From Octopus vulgaris (taxonomy: Eukaryota): a stretch of DNA of 64,000 bases. Position numbers and translations under genes: made by a program. Where the stretch lies: positions 40,858,001 to 40,922,000 of the forward strand of contig OX597833.1 in the NCBI GenBank assembly GCA_951406725.2. The letters are read 5' to 3'. The notes under the pieces are model-generated. The model saw only the letters and a program-made list of their open reading frames with translations, was not told the DNA's origin and searched no databases. Shown here one piece after another: positions 1-12,510 of the stretch; position 1 is the first letter of the stretch, and the number at the start of each line of letters is the position of its first letter.

Positions 1-2
1 GA

Positions 3-163
3 ATTTGGAGTATGAGAACAGTAAAGATCGTGCCTATAGTAATTGGTACGTTGGGAACTGCAAGCAAAGATATAGATAAATGGCCGAAGGAGATTGGAAT
101 AGAATGCCCTGTATAGCTCTTATAGAAAGGTTGTCTCTTACGGACAGCAAAGATTATCAGAAG

Positions 164-167
<4 letters not shown>
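3..167 (+). mobile_element. Decayed C-terminal fragment of an RLE-type (R4/Dong-like) non-LTR retrotransposon
   Basis: Manual translation IWSMRTVKIVPIVIGTLGTASKDIDKWPKEIGIECPV*LL*KGCLLRTAKIIRRV. It matches the V.IVP.VIG.LG...L.K..LL.TA.I.R.V terminus of these elements and the copy at 63069-63302. Contains in-frame stops. Confidence 0.8.
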
Positions 168-202
<35 letters not shown>

Positions 203-205
<3 letters not shown>

Positions 206-480
206 AATCCAAACGGGAAACAAAAAAACAACAACAAGGGAACAATTACAGTATTATTATTAATAGGCGCTCAGGAAATGGAAGCAGGGAGGTATGACGT
301 TTCGAGCGGAGCTCTTCGTCGGAAACATAAAGAAGGAAGAGAGAGGAAAGAAAGATCCCGGAGCGGGCAACGGAGATAGAGAAAAAAACGGCTGGTGTTA
401 GGAGTAGCACATGGTGAAAGGCGGATGTTTACGATAACAAGAGCAAAGAGGGTTTTTAAAGGCAAAAGAGTGGAGACAAG
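203..480 (-). mobile_element. Penelope-like element terminal segment with a minimal hammerhead-like motif
   Basis: Minus strand 322-296 reads CCGACGA-A-GAGC-tcc-GCTC-GAAACGTC. It abuts (TA)n, and the end resembles 46530-46640. Confidence 0.55.
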
Positions 481-495
481 GTTGGTAACGCAACA

Positions 496-1542
496 GATGT
501 GTGTGTATGTGTGAGTGTGTGCGTGTGCGTGTGTGTATGTGTGTGTGTGTGAGGCGAGGTAAAAAAACAAAAAATATATGTATGTGTTAGTGTGTGCGTC
601 TGTGTGTAGGCGTGTGAGGTAGGGCGAGACGGTGGTCAGCATAGCAGCAGCATAGCAGACAAAGGTCAGTAGTGAGAAAAGGGAGGAAGGAGGAAGGGAG
701 GGAGGGGAAGGGGTGGGGGCGTATGTAGCGTGCCAGCGTGTGTTGAGTAGTAGTGTGTGTGTGTGTCCAGTGTCGTGGTAGTATTAGTGGCGAGTAGATT
801 GAATGTGTGTAAGAGTGATGTATATGTTTAAGCAATGTGTGTATATGTGTGCGCGTGTGTGTAACGAAAAAGGGGGGGGGGTTAGGAAAAGGACTCCAGC
901 GGAGGGGAAGATGGAAGAGTGGTCCCGCGGAGACGGGCGTGGGAAAACCCAACGACAAGCGACATCCCAGGAACGGGCGGGAGGTCTCGTCGGGTCCAAG
1001 GGCGAGGTGCATGCGGGGCGCATGCGTGCGCGAACCGGCGCAAACGCGTGTGTGCGCGAGCCTGCGAGTGTGCGCGTACGTATGTGTGCGTGTGGATGTG
1101 TGAGTGTGTCTGTGTGTATGTCTGGGTGGCAGTGTGTCCGATGAATGTATGTGAGTATGTGTGTATATATGTGTGTGCATAGATGTATGTCCGTGTGTGT
1201 GTGTGTGTGTGTATGTGTGTATGAGTGTGTATGTATGTACGTGTGGGTGTGGGGAAGTGTGTGTATGTGCATGTGTGTGCGCGAACATACAGGTGTGTGA
1301 GTGAGTGCGTGTGTGTGTATGTATGTGTGAGTGTGTATGTATGTGTGTGTAGGATGCATGTATGTGTATGGGTGTATGTATGCGTGTGTGTATGTATGTA
1401 TGTGTACGTGCTTGTGTGTGTGTATGCGTGTAGGTGTGCGCGTGTGCATGCGTGCATGTATGTGCGTATGTGTGTATATATATATATATATATATGATTG
1501 ATTGATTGATTCTAGTTTCAGCTCATGAGCTGTGGCCATATA

Positions 1543-1578
<36 letters not shown>

Positions 1579-1600
1579 TGTATGTATGTATGTATGTATG
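496..1600. repeat. Degenerate (TG)n/(TATG)n/(TA)n low-complexity tract with a GC-rich island at about 870-1080
   Basis: Directly visible. Confidence 0.85.
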
Positions 1601-1830
1601 TGTCTGTATATGTTTGTGTGTCTGTGTTTGTCTCCCCAACATCGCTTGACAACCGGTGCTGGTGTGTTTACGTCCCCCGTAACTTAGCGGTTCGGCAAAA
1701 GAGACCGATAGAATAAGTACTAGGCTTACAAAGAACAAGTCCCGGGGTCGATTTGCTCGATCGACTAAAGGCGGTGCTCCAGCATGGCTACAGTCGAATG
1801 ACTGAAACAAGTAAAAGAGAGTAAAAAGAA
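1597..1830 (+). mobile_element. SINE family A, 3' half
   Basis: Nearly identical to the 3' halves of 17991-18389, 30900-31388, 33030-33427 and 54755-55166 (…gcggttcggcaaaagagaccgatagaataagtac…tgactgaaacaagtaaaaga). Confidence 0.85.
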
Positions 1831-1857
1831 CAAGAGTAACTGTATCACTTCCAGACA

Positions 1858-2228
1858 TCTCTCTATATATAAACGGCAGTTTGTCTGTGTGTGTTTCTGT
1901 GTGTCTGTTAGGTTGTACCCTCACCCTGACCACGGCTTTCAACCGATTCTGATGAAACTTGACACACACATAGCCCAATGTCATAATTCAAAACTAACGC
2001 AGCGAAAATTTTGAAAAGTTCCCCCAGTTCTGAAAAAAATCGATAAATTCGACATGGGGTCGAGAATCAGAAACACAAACCACAGACTGTCTAGGGGACG
2101 CAACTCGACCTTTTTAACTAAAGAAAAATTTACCATCATTTTTTTTCCATTTTTTGGCTATAACTCTCTAAAAATGCTTTATAGTTATTTCCCTTACAAA
2201 CCCGAGCAACGCCGGGCGATACTGCTAG
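1858..2228 (+). mobile_element. Non-autonomous Helitron (family H1)
   Basis: 5' TC, subterminal hairpin cccgagcaacgccggg and 3' CTAG; inserted between A and T with no TSD; second copy at 53700-54082. Confidence 0.85.
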
Positions 2229-3134
2229 TTCTTTCTACAACCTATTACGTAATCACTTTGGCTTGTCTTAATAATTCATATCTCACGCTGCTTCTCGCAC
2301 CAATCACTTCTGTCTCGATCCCCAACTCCTTCTCCAGCAATCCGTACTTCACTCTCTACATCTCTCATTTATTGCTATCACTTCCTCGGCTTCGGCTTCG
2401 GCTTCTTCCTGTCTCCACCTTTTAGCTTTTTACCATTCAGTCAAAGCACTTTTGTTCGAAATTTGAGACTTTCTCTCCTTACAACAATCAAATTTACCAA
2501 TTACCAATGTTTACCGAACCACTTGACTTCGTCTCTAATATTTCTAATGGGATTAATGTTTTTTTTTTCTTTATTTTCTTTTTTTTTAGGTTTTGTCTCA
2601 CTCTCATAAATTCAAAACAGAAATAACAGTATCGATCCGAACATGAAAATGATAAAACAGTGTCCATATCTATAGCAGTGAATTTGTGTGCTAAAAATTG
2701 CTCGCCAAGTTATTATATCTCTTCTGGAATTTAGCGGAGCAAGGCCTATAATTATATTTGAAGATATCTGTAGATAAATTAAATACGAAAAGCAAATCGA
2801 TCAAAATAGCAAATGTTAACCTGTGTTTATCCTACAAGACTCAGACTAACACCCGATATTTAACCAACTAAGAGAAACACCGCTCTTTGTGTTTGGGGTC
2901 ACCCGATGGGTGGTGTTTTTCCGAATTTATGTACCGAATTTATTTCATTTTACTTAACTTAAATATTTATTAATTATATAAACTTGATATAAAGGTCTTA
3001 CATGTAGTACAAAAATATCAATTTCACTTCCCTTATTAAACTAAATATACGTCACTTAAAATAATTGCTTAATTAGAATTTTACTAAAGACCTTATAGTG
3101 TTACAAACTTTTTTTTTTAATTTCATTTTATTTC

Positions 3135-3376
3135 ATCTACCACCAGTGCAAGATCACAACCGCCACCAACACTACCAGCACCACCTGTACTACAAGTACT
3201 ACCACCGCTACCAACACCATCATCATCATAATCATCATCATCGTCACCATCACCATCACCACCAACACCACCACCATCATCATCGTCATCATCATCATCG
3301 ACGTCGTCGTCACCACTAGCATCACCATCACCATCACCACCACCACCACCACCACCACCATCATCATCGTCATCAT

Positions 3377-3416
<40 letters not shown>

Positions 3417-3688
3417 GTCATCATCATCATCATCATCACTGTCACCACCACCATCACCATCACGACCACCACCACCATCATCATCATCGTCTTCATCATC
3501 GTCATCATCGTCGTCATCATCATCATCATCATCGTCACCACCACCATCACCATCACGACCACCACCACCATCATCATTATCCTCATCATCATCGTCATCG
3601 TCATCATCATCATCATCATCATCATCATCGTCACCACCACCACCACCATCACCACCATCACCACCACCACCACCATCATCGTCATCAT

Positions 3689-3729
<41 letters not shown>

Positions 3730-3735
3730 GCAGCA
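3135..3735. repeat. Compound (CAT)n/(CAC)n/(CAG)n trinucleotide tract
   Basis: Directly visible. Confidence 0.95.
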
Positions 3736-4089
3736 ATAGAGATTGGTGTTGAATAGGAGTATAAACTCTAGGAGTCGCTTTTACTCCCTGCCTTCTTCAA
3801 CGTCTCCTTGATATCCGCCCGCTTTATAGATTGCTTTATTCTTCGTAAAATTGCTGATCGTTACATCTACACTCGTTATTTCAGATGCATTATTAAGGGT
3901 GTTATGCTCGCCAATGTCAAGAAATGTAAGCTACGCTGTTAGGGGCCTTCTTTCCTAAGGAATTTACATCTTTCATTTCCTTTATTAAATTTAAACCCTA
4001 CAAGTCCCCGTCTCACTCTTAGTAACCAAAGCCACACGAGGTAAGCACTTGTAGAAAAATCCTATTTTATCCGCATTATAAATCGTTGT

Positions 4090-4612
4090 GAGAGGCAGTG
4101 CTGATCACGGTCATAAGGTCATGGTTTCAATTCCCGGTGGCACGCTGTACCCTTCAGCAAGACACTTTATTTCGCGGTGCTTCCGTCTACTCAGTTGACA
4201 AAAATAAGTAGTACCTGAATTTCAAAGGATCAGCCTTGCCACTTTCTGTGTTACGCTGAATCTCCCTGAGAACTACGAACCCTTTAGCATTCAAATTATT
4301 CTGTCAAATGCAATGCTTATTCATTCACACAGTCTTGAATTAATCGTCCATTATCTCGTAGCTTTGAGATTTCAATGATATAATTGCATAATTTTAGAAT
4401 GATGTTTAGGGTTGGTATGAGAGGCCAGATCTCGCTAGTTTGAATACAGAACAGGTAAAATATTTGAACCAGGTATGGCCGGTTTAAATACTAAAAGCTT
4501 AAGGGTACGCGTGCCTGTGGAAGTGCTAAGTCACATCCACGTTAATTTCACGATCCGGCTTTTCCGTCGACCGGCTCAACTGGAACCCTTGTCTTCGAAA
4601 CCGATGAAGGAG
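4090..4612 (+). mobile_element. Old SINE family C copy interrupted by a MITE
   Basis: Aligns by eye to 11241-11617 (ctgaatctccctgagaactacg | ttaagggtac…cacgttaatttcacga…ggaaccct). Confidence 0.7.
4280..4498. mobile_element. piggyBac-like MITE inserted at a TTAA inside a SINE
   Basis: Imperfect terminal inverted repeats ccctttagcattcaaa / tttaaatactaaaagc followed by TTAA. The uninterrupted SINE near 11500 reads tacg-TTAA-gggtac at this point. Confidence 0.6.
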
Positions 4613-5829
4613 CTAAAATCATTTTTTAAGTCAAGTAATCACATATGTAACTGTATTTTCCGAGAATATGAGTTTCCGCCGATTAATTTTCGCCAGACAA
4701 ATTAAGTTTACAATTGAAAACACGCAAAACCTCATCATACCCATATTTCCGTAAAACTGCTTGGCCTTTTCAGTGATCAGTGGCTCTAAAAGGAGATTAC
4801 CATCAACTCCCTTTATTTACTCAACCACGTAAATAACACTACAGTTCCGAATGTTTAAAAGAATTTTTTTCTTTAAATTATTATTCGCACACCAACATCT
4901 TTACTTTTCTCTGAATCAGCCATAAAATACATTAACCAGATCTTTTAATTCTTAATGTCCCGAATTGTCGAGGAACATGTGTACTTCATGATAACGTACC
5001 ACTTTACATCTTTTTTCAAATATTGTATTGTTTCAGTTCTTGTTCAACGCTAGAGTTACACGCACTGTTTTCACACTTTCTCAACTTGTTGTTCCTATAA
5101 AGCCACATACACAAAAGATTAGACTATATGTATATAAATAAAGGCACATACAAAAGACATAGATACTGGCTACTGTCCTTTTCAACTCGGACGTATAAAG
5201 AGGAAGAATGGCTTTAGTGATCACTAACGGCATTTAGCAAAAACAAATATAATGAATAAATGGAGAGTAAAATAAAAAATAAGAAATTTTAAAATTATGG
5301 GGCGTAACAAAACGTATACATAATCAGATCTGCCAGACTATTGAATATTGGATGAAGTTGAATTGTTGTAGTTAACGAATGGTGTTTCTCTTGTGGCCAG
5401 GCATGCTGGGGTAGACAGGAAGCTGGAAGAATTCCAAAGCTGCTATTCGTCTTAGGGAAGTGTATTTTGAAAATATTTCCCTTATAAACCAAAGTAAAAA
5501 TACTAACAACATCTTAAATCCGAGTTAAGGCGATACTGATATAACTGAAAGGAGAAGGCCGCTGTCTTGGGCTAATACAACTTCGCAGCAACCAATATCG
5601 TCGCAAGATTTGCTATCAGAACCCAAAGAACGAAAACAAATACCACAAGGCATTTTTTTTCGATTCTTTAACGCTTTTTTTTATCGACTTCGAAAGGATG
5701 AAAAGCAAAGTTGATCTCTGCCGGATCTGAACACAGAGCATAAACAGATGGAACAAAATCTCGAGGCAGTATATCCACTGCTCTAACGATACATCATTTT
5801 TGATCTCTTTAATTCCTTTGACTCTTTGT

Positions 5830-6340
5830 AGATCATAGGACACCAACAAGAGACATCCGTCATTCTCGATCTTTGGCAATGGATTGCAGTTGTTACCTGG
5901 TGTAACCGTCTGCCAGTTCATTAGTTTCTGTGGACCTTCTCCATGTTGATTTTGGTCTACCACGCTTCCGTCTTCCTTTAAGTTTCCATCAGAGGGTTTG
6001 CTTTGTAATGTTGGAAACAGGTATCCATAGGGTGTCTCACTAACCCCATTTCCCTTTCTTGATCTAGATTTCGATTGGCTGCCTGTCCCCCTGTACTCAC
6101 AAGCCTTTGTTTGTAAATCTGTCTAACCATCTCACCCAAACGATGTTCTGGAGACATCTATTCATAAAAGTTTATAGTTTGTCGATGGAGGACTTTATAA
6201 CTCGCCATGGTTCTCACGGGCATCCAGCAAAAACGTCTTCAATATTTGTATTAAAGATTTTAGCAAGGTCTGCGATATCTAAAATAATTTCAAACATCCT
6301 GAAGGCAACTGTATCGTTTCCAGTCCTTGTTTTTATGTCC
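5830..6340 (-). mobile_element. Decayed RTE-clade LINE, ORF C-terminus
   Basis: Manual translation gives KIFNTNI…FMNRCLQNIVWVRW…QPIEI*IKKGKWG…NITKQTL*WKLKGRRKRGRPKSTWRRS…IAKDRE, the typical RTE C-terminal motifs, with stops. Confidence 0.85.
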
Positions 6341-6373
6341 TGATCTGTCTACCCTTACATATTCGTATCTTTG

Positions 6374-6441
<68 letters not shown>

Positions 6442-6793
6442 CCTCTTTCTCTCTATGTCTCAGCCTCCTCTCCTCCTCTTTCTCTGCGTTTCAGAGGAGC
6501 ACACTAAATAAACTTCATCCATACTATACAATACGCCACAGAAATCACTAAGAAAGTGTTAACGATTGAAAGACCAATTACACATGATAAATAAAATTTT
6601 TAAAAAAATAAAATGAATTAACGGCAACACTAAGCAGAGCTAAACAGATGAAACGAGGCTCATTAAAGGTCATGAACAACACGGTAAATTAGTCTGGCCA
6701 AAATAGTTATTATGATAAATATTTGACCAGAAGAAACTACATTCTCGTTCAGAGTATTGGATTACTGGACACACCTCCCTACCCCGCAACAAT

Positions 6794-6916
<123 letters not shown>

Positions 6917-7033
6917 GAGCAGCAACAGCAATAACTTGGAACGGGATCCTGCCTTAGAAGAGATGGGGCTTATAACGACAAAATCTTGACAAGTCAGTTT
7001 ATTTAACACAGCCAATTGATAATACAAACATTA

Positions 7034-7535
<502 letters not shown>

Positions 7536-7698
7536 GACATGCACTGCTGGTTAGTTTCTCACTCCCGCTTCCCCTCTTCTTTCACCACCCTTGCAGGCTA
7601 CTTCTGAATTCTACATTACAAGATAAACATGCCCTTTACATTATAAACACCGACGAGCTGTGCTTGTCAAACTCCGGCCTCAGCAACACCAAACTTTT

Positions 7699-7768
<70 letters not shown>

Positions 7769-7820
7769 AGTCTGACTGTCTGTCTGTCTGTCTATATGTC
7801 TGTCTGCCTATCTATCTCGC

Positions 7821-8240
7821 TTAGAGAGGCAAGCCTTGTCTAGCGGATGTTTCAAAAAAAGATGAGTGAATGTAGCATGGATGGCACGTATGAATGACGA
7901 AGCCACCTTGAGTATGATCCTACGAACCCGGAAAAATTTAAAACAGAGAGTTACTTATTTGCAAATAGATGTGTTAACATGTGACATTATTGACCGAGGT
8001 TACCGTGGTCTTTTCCGTAGGCTTTTCTTTCCACGGATAAACCTTATCTGCTTTCCCCTTTACACTTTACATCATGACAATTCCGTGATACACGATCCCT
8101 ATTGATCGTTTTTTTCTTTCCTTTTTACGATCCCTTTTGATCGAAAACCTACCCCACTATTTTTTTTCTCTCCAAAAAGAAAAGCTCTACCTTGTAATTT
8201 GTCCCGTCTATGTTCAGCCCTGTGTGGCTAATAAAGAAAC
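7821..8240 (+). mobile_element. 3' end of a LINE (possibly L1/Tx1 clade) flanked by a ~50-bp direct repeat
   Basis: Residual frame [17 protein letters not shown]…. Ends ttgtcccgtctatgttcagccctgtgtggctaataaagaaa, like the SINE B tail. The flank tatcagtctgactgtc…tatctcgct is duplicated at about 7765-7821 and 8242-8290. Confidence 0.5.
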
Positions 8241-8851
8241 ATATCAGTCTGACTGTCTGTCTATATGTCTGTCTGCCTATCTATCTCGCTATCTATCTGT
8301 TTATTTGCCTATATCCATATGTATGTGTGCGTCTGTATAGGTCTGAATTCATATATGTTTACGTATATATTACGTACCCTTTTATTTTAAATTTTACACA
8401 TTTTCTCATTTGCTTTTTACAGTTGGTTTGGAGCAACAGATTTCCGAAATCGATAACGGAGGTTTCTAGACATTCACAGTCCCATTTCCAAGAATTGAGT
8501 TCACATATATCACACCCATTGAGACTTACATCAATAGAAATTATATTTATAGAAAATATAAAGTATAAAAATTATCATAAACATTATTAAAAGAAGTCCG
8601 GCTCTAATGGTCAGAAGAGAATGACCAAATCTGGCAATAAGCATAAAGTCAACTCACGATTTCTGTGCAATGTAAGTTGGCATTAACAATCTCCTGTAAT
8701 AACCACTTACAAGATTAAACTGATACTGTCTAGAAATGTTGACACACCTAAGAACTTTATTGTTCCAAATTAGTCGAAAAGGTCTGACATAGAAATATTT
8801 AAAAAAAGAGTCATGTTTTTAATGATATCTACAATAAACACATGTATACAT

Positions 8852-8852
<1 letters not shown>

Positions 8853-8921
<69 letters not shown>

Positions 8922-8966
8922 TGATGATGATGATGATGATGATAACAACAACAACAACAACAACAA

Positions 8967-8998
<32 letters not shown>

Positions 8999-9014
8999 CT
9001 AATAATAATAATAA
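8853..9014. repeat. (AAT)/(GAT)/(AAC)n tract, partly the tail of the adjacent minus-strand SINE
   Basis: Directly visible. Confidence 0.9.
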
Positions 9015-9450
9015 TCCTTTCTACTATAAGCACAAGGCCTGAAATTTATGAGGGGGGGACTAGTCGATTACATTGACCCCAGTGTTTCACTGGTACTTAA
9101 TTTATCGAGCCCGAAAGGATAAAAAGCAAAGTCGACCTCGGCGGCATTTGAACTCAGAACGTAAAGTCGGATGAAATACCGCTAAGCATTTTGTCCGGCG
9201 TGCTAACGATTCTGCCAGCTCGCCGTAATAATAATGGGTTTCAAGTTTTGGCACAGGGCCAGCAAATTTGGTGGGAGGGGTAAGTCGATTACGTCGACCC
9301 CAGGTTGAAAGGCCAAGTCAATTATATCTACTTCGAAAGGATGAAAGGCAAAGTGAACCTTGGCAGAATTTGAACTCAGAACGTAAGGACGGAAGAAATG
9401 TCGCTAAGTATTTTGCCCGGCGTGCTAACAATTCTACCAGTTCGCCACCT
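9015..9450 (-). mobile_element. Two tandem SINE family B copies
   Basis: Reverse complement of ggcggcgagctggcagaa…gagttcaaattccgccgaggtcgactttgcctttcatcctttcggggtcgataaa…gtaccag; A-box/B-box-like head. Confidence 0.85.
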
Positions 9451-9492
9451 TAGATGATAGAAGCGAACAGAATATTGCAGAAGCGAACAAGA

Positions 9493-9915
9493 CGGTGAGC
9501 TGTCAGGATCGTAACCGCGCCGGACAAAATGTTTAGCGGCATTTCTTCCGGTTCGTTTTATTCAAAGTTCAAATGCTGCGGAGGATGACTTTGCTTTTCA
9601 TCCATTTCGTGGTCGATAAAATAATACCAGTTGATTACTGAGGGTCAATGTAATCGACTAGCTTCGTCCCCAAAATTTCAGGTCTTGTTCCGATCGTAGA
9701 ATGAATATAACAGAGAAGAATAAGGCGGCGAGCTGGTACAATCGTTACCGTGCCGAACAAAATGCCTAACAGTATTTCTTCCGGCACTTTACTTTCAAAG
9801 TTCAGATGCCGTGGAGGATGACTTTGCCTTTTATCTTTTCGGGGCCAGTAAAATAAGCATCAGTTGAGCACAGGGGTCAATATAATCGAATTCCATTCCC
9901 CTTAAGGTTGTGCCA
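9493..9915 (+). mobile_element. Two older SINE family B copies
   Basis: Same head and body, more diverged. Confidence 0.75.
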
Positions 9916-10727
9916 AACTGAGAAAGACAAAAACTAAAGAATTAGAGTGATCTGGCTGTCGAATTATTATGGCAGTTAAAGAATTCTTTAATTTTTTTAC
10001 TTGTTTCAGTCATTTGACTGGGGCCTTGAAACCATTGTGCACATTGTGACCAGCGATGTGTAGCAACATCTGATAGCCTGGTCGGTGACGGTAATCACGG
10101 TGACGGTGATTGCAAGTAACAGCTAGGTTTCTTTGTCTAATGTTTTGCATAAGATCCACCAATGCAGGTTAATATGTGGGTGACAAAATAAGAATTTTCA
10201 AAGAAGTTTCTATAAAACTTGTTTGTGAACATCAAATGGCCACGGGGGTCCACCAGAATAAAATAGTAAAGGGTTCCATAGGTAAAAAAGGGGGTCCATA
10301 GGTCGAGTATCATTGGGCTAGATAAACTATTAATAACTGTCAGGATCTGTCTGTATGCCATGCTCGCGCGCGCGTGCGCACACACATACGCACACAGAGA
10401 AGAAGAAGAAGAAGAAGAAGAAGAAGAAGAAGAAGAAGAAGAAGAAGAAGAAGAAAGCAAGACGGAAAGAAGCAACACGGTAAAAAAAAAACACATTCGG
10501 GAGATGTTGCTGTTGTTATTCTTCTTCTTCTTCTTCTTCTTCTTCTTCTTCTTTTCGAGACATGACAAAATGAAAGGCACGCGCGAAGAATTTGATCGCT
10601 TGGTTTGTGGTCAGCTGTTTGACACATCATCGTCATTTCAGTTCACCAATGGTGACCATCAAACAAGGGAGAGAACAAACGGAGGAGGGATGGCGCTCTC
10701 AGTGTGTATATGGGTGTACCTGTATGC

Positions 10728-10764
<37 letters not shown>

Positions 10765-10789
10765 ACATGTTGAAGAGATTTCTATATTT

Positions 10790-11023
10790 TTTTTTTTTTT
10801 TTTTTTGTAATTGTTTCAGTCATTTGACTGCGGCCATGCTGGAGCACCGCCTTTAGAGTGGTGAAAGAGTACAGCAGGGATCACCACCATCCCCTGCCGG
10901 AGCCTCATGGAGCTTTTAGGTGTTTTCGCTCAATAAACACACACAACGCCCGGTCTGGGAATCGAAACCGAGATCCTACGACCGCAAGTCCGCTGCCCTA
11001 ACCACTGGGCCATTGCGCCTCCA
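10790..11023 (-). mobile_element. Chimeric SINE: family C tRNA head, family A 3' tail and poly(A)
   Basis: 11023-10858 is the reverse complement of the family C head; 10855-10806 is the reverse complement of the family A tail (taaaggcggtgctccagcatggccgcagtcaaatgactgaaac); then an A-run. Confidence 0.75.
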
Positions 11024-11240
11024 CAAGTCTTTAAAAACAATAAAACAATACTGAGCCACAAGCTAAGAAACAAAATGCCTATCAATGTTTATCTCCGTCT
11101 CTTTGCGTTCCATGTTCAAATCACATCAAGACCAAATTTGTCTCTAATCCTTCTGAGGTTGATGAAATATAGTACCATTGAAAAATTAACGAGTATGTTT
11201 TCCTATAAAAATTTGAGGCCTTGTATCTATGTTAAAAATA

Positions 11241-11617
11241 GTGGAGGCGCAATGGCCCAGTGGTTAGGGCAACGGACTCGCGGTCGTAGGATCGCGGTTT
11301 CGATTCCCAGACCGGGTGCTGTGAGTGTTTATTGAGCGAAAACACCTAAAGTTCCATGAGGCTCCGGCAGGGGATGGTGGTGATCTCTGCTGTACTCTTT
11401 CACCACAACTTTCTCTTACTTCCTGTTTCTGTTGTACCTGTATTTCAAAGGGCCGGCCTTGTCACTCTCTGTGTCACGCTGAATCTCCCTGAGAATTACG
11501 TTAAGGGTACACGTGTCTGTGGAGTGCTCAGCCACTTACACGTTAATTTCACGAGCAGGCTGTTCCGTTGATCGGATCAACCGGAACCCTCGTCGTCGTA
11601 ACCGACGGGGTGCTTCC
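11241..11617 (+). mobile_element. SINE family C, tail type 1
   Basis: tRNA-like head: A box TGGCCCAGTGG and B box GGTTTCGATTCC; multiple copies in the window. Confidence 0.85.
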
Positions 11618-11850
11618 ATCCATGTTAAAAATAATTAATATTATTGTTATACTTCGGGATGGTCATATTCTGCCAATTCAACACAAGCACTATTTATTTG
11701 ATCTTCACTTGAGTTTTATACGTACTATTTTTTTTCTTAGTTTATTTGGGACAGAGAATCGTTGAAGAGGTCACGGAATGTGTAATGAAAGAGCTTTGGA
11801 TGGACAAATATACAAAAACAAAAAATTATAATAATAAAACTAACGATAAA

Positions 11851-12159
11851 CGTCGCCCTTTTCAAGCCTAGCCAAGCTCATGGGCCCGGTTTCCCGGTTT
11901 CTGTGACGTATGTGCTCCCCCCAGCTGGACGGGACGCCAGTCCATCGCAGCGTTACTCAAGAAACGGGAAGAGAGAGTGAGAGAAAGTTGTGGCGAAAGA
12001 GTACAACAGGGGTCGCCACCACCCCCTGCCGAAGCCTCGTGGAGCTTTTTTTAGGTGTTTTCGCTCAATAAACACACACAACGCCCGGTCTGGGAATCGA
12101 AACCGCAAGCCTTTGACCACGAGTCCGCTACCCTAACCACTGGGCAATTGCGTCTCCAC
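11851..12159 (-). mobile_element. SINE family C, tail type 2
   Basis: Reverse complement of 22534-22838. Confidence 0.85.
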
Positions 12160-12244
12160 GATAATAAAACTAAAGTATAGATCAAAGAAATAGTGCATGT
12201 GTTTAATCGGCAAAAGATGACCAACTCCAAATAAACTAGAGTCT

Positions 12245-12510
12245 GTGTTCAAATGTTGCTGAGGTCAACTTTGCATGTTATCCTTCCAGGGGGTAAAATG
12301 GTGTACCAGTCAATTACCGGAATAGACGTAGCAGAGATTTCCTCTCAAAAATTTCATTAGTTTCTGGTTTCAAGTTCCGTCGAAGTCAACTTTGCCTTTC
12401 ACCGTTTCGGTGTCGTTAAAATAAAAGACCTTCAAGTATTAAGGTCAATGTAATAAACTTCCCCTCTCCTCAAAATTGCTGGCCTTGTACTTATGTTAGA
12501 AGGAATTATT
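12245..12510 (+). mobile_element. Two degraded SINE family B fragments
   Basis: gttcaaat…gaggtcaactttgc…; …ccttgtacttatgttagaaggaattatt tail. Confidence 0.6.

Noticed and set aside
1945-1962. CTGATGAAAC resembling a hammerhead core (also near 53790)
   Set aside because: There is no helix II between CTGATGA and GAAA; it is an internal Helitron H1 sequence.
8400-8470. Polypyrimidine+CAG acceptor followed by GLEQQISEIDNGGF*
   Set aside because: A single short frame with no homology or partner exon; such acceptors are common by chance (similar cases near 2589 and 3884).
10140-10320. hAT-like MITE remnant (repeated ggggtcca)
   Set aside because: No TIR pair or TSD could be located.
10540-10700. 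Putative enhancer (E-box, CCAAT, TCF-like words); similar islands near 19500, 24700 and 36500
   Set aside because: Short motifs are expected by chance and conservation data would be needed.
11241-11320. tRNA gene
   Set aside because: A and B boxes are present but it continues into a multicopy SINE body with no proper acceptor stem or terminator; it is a SINE head.
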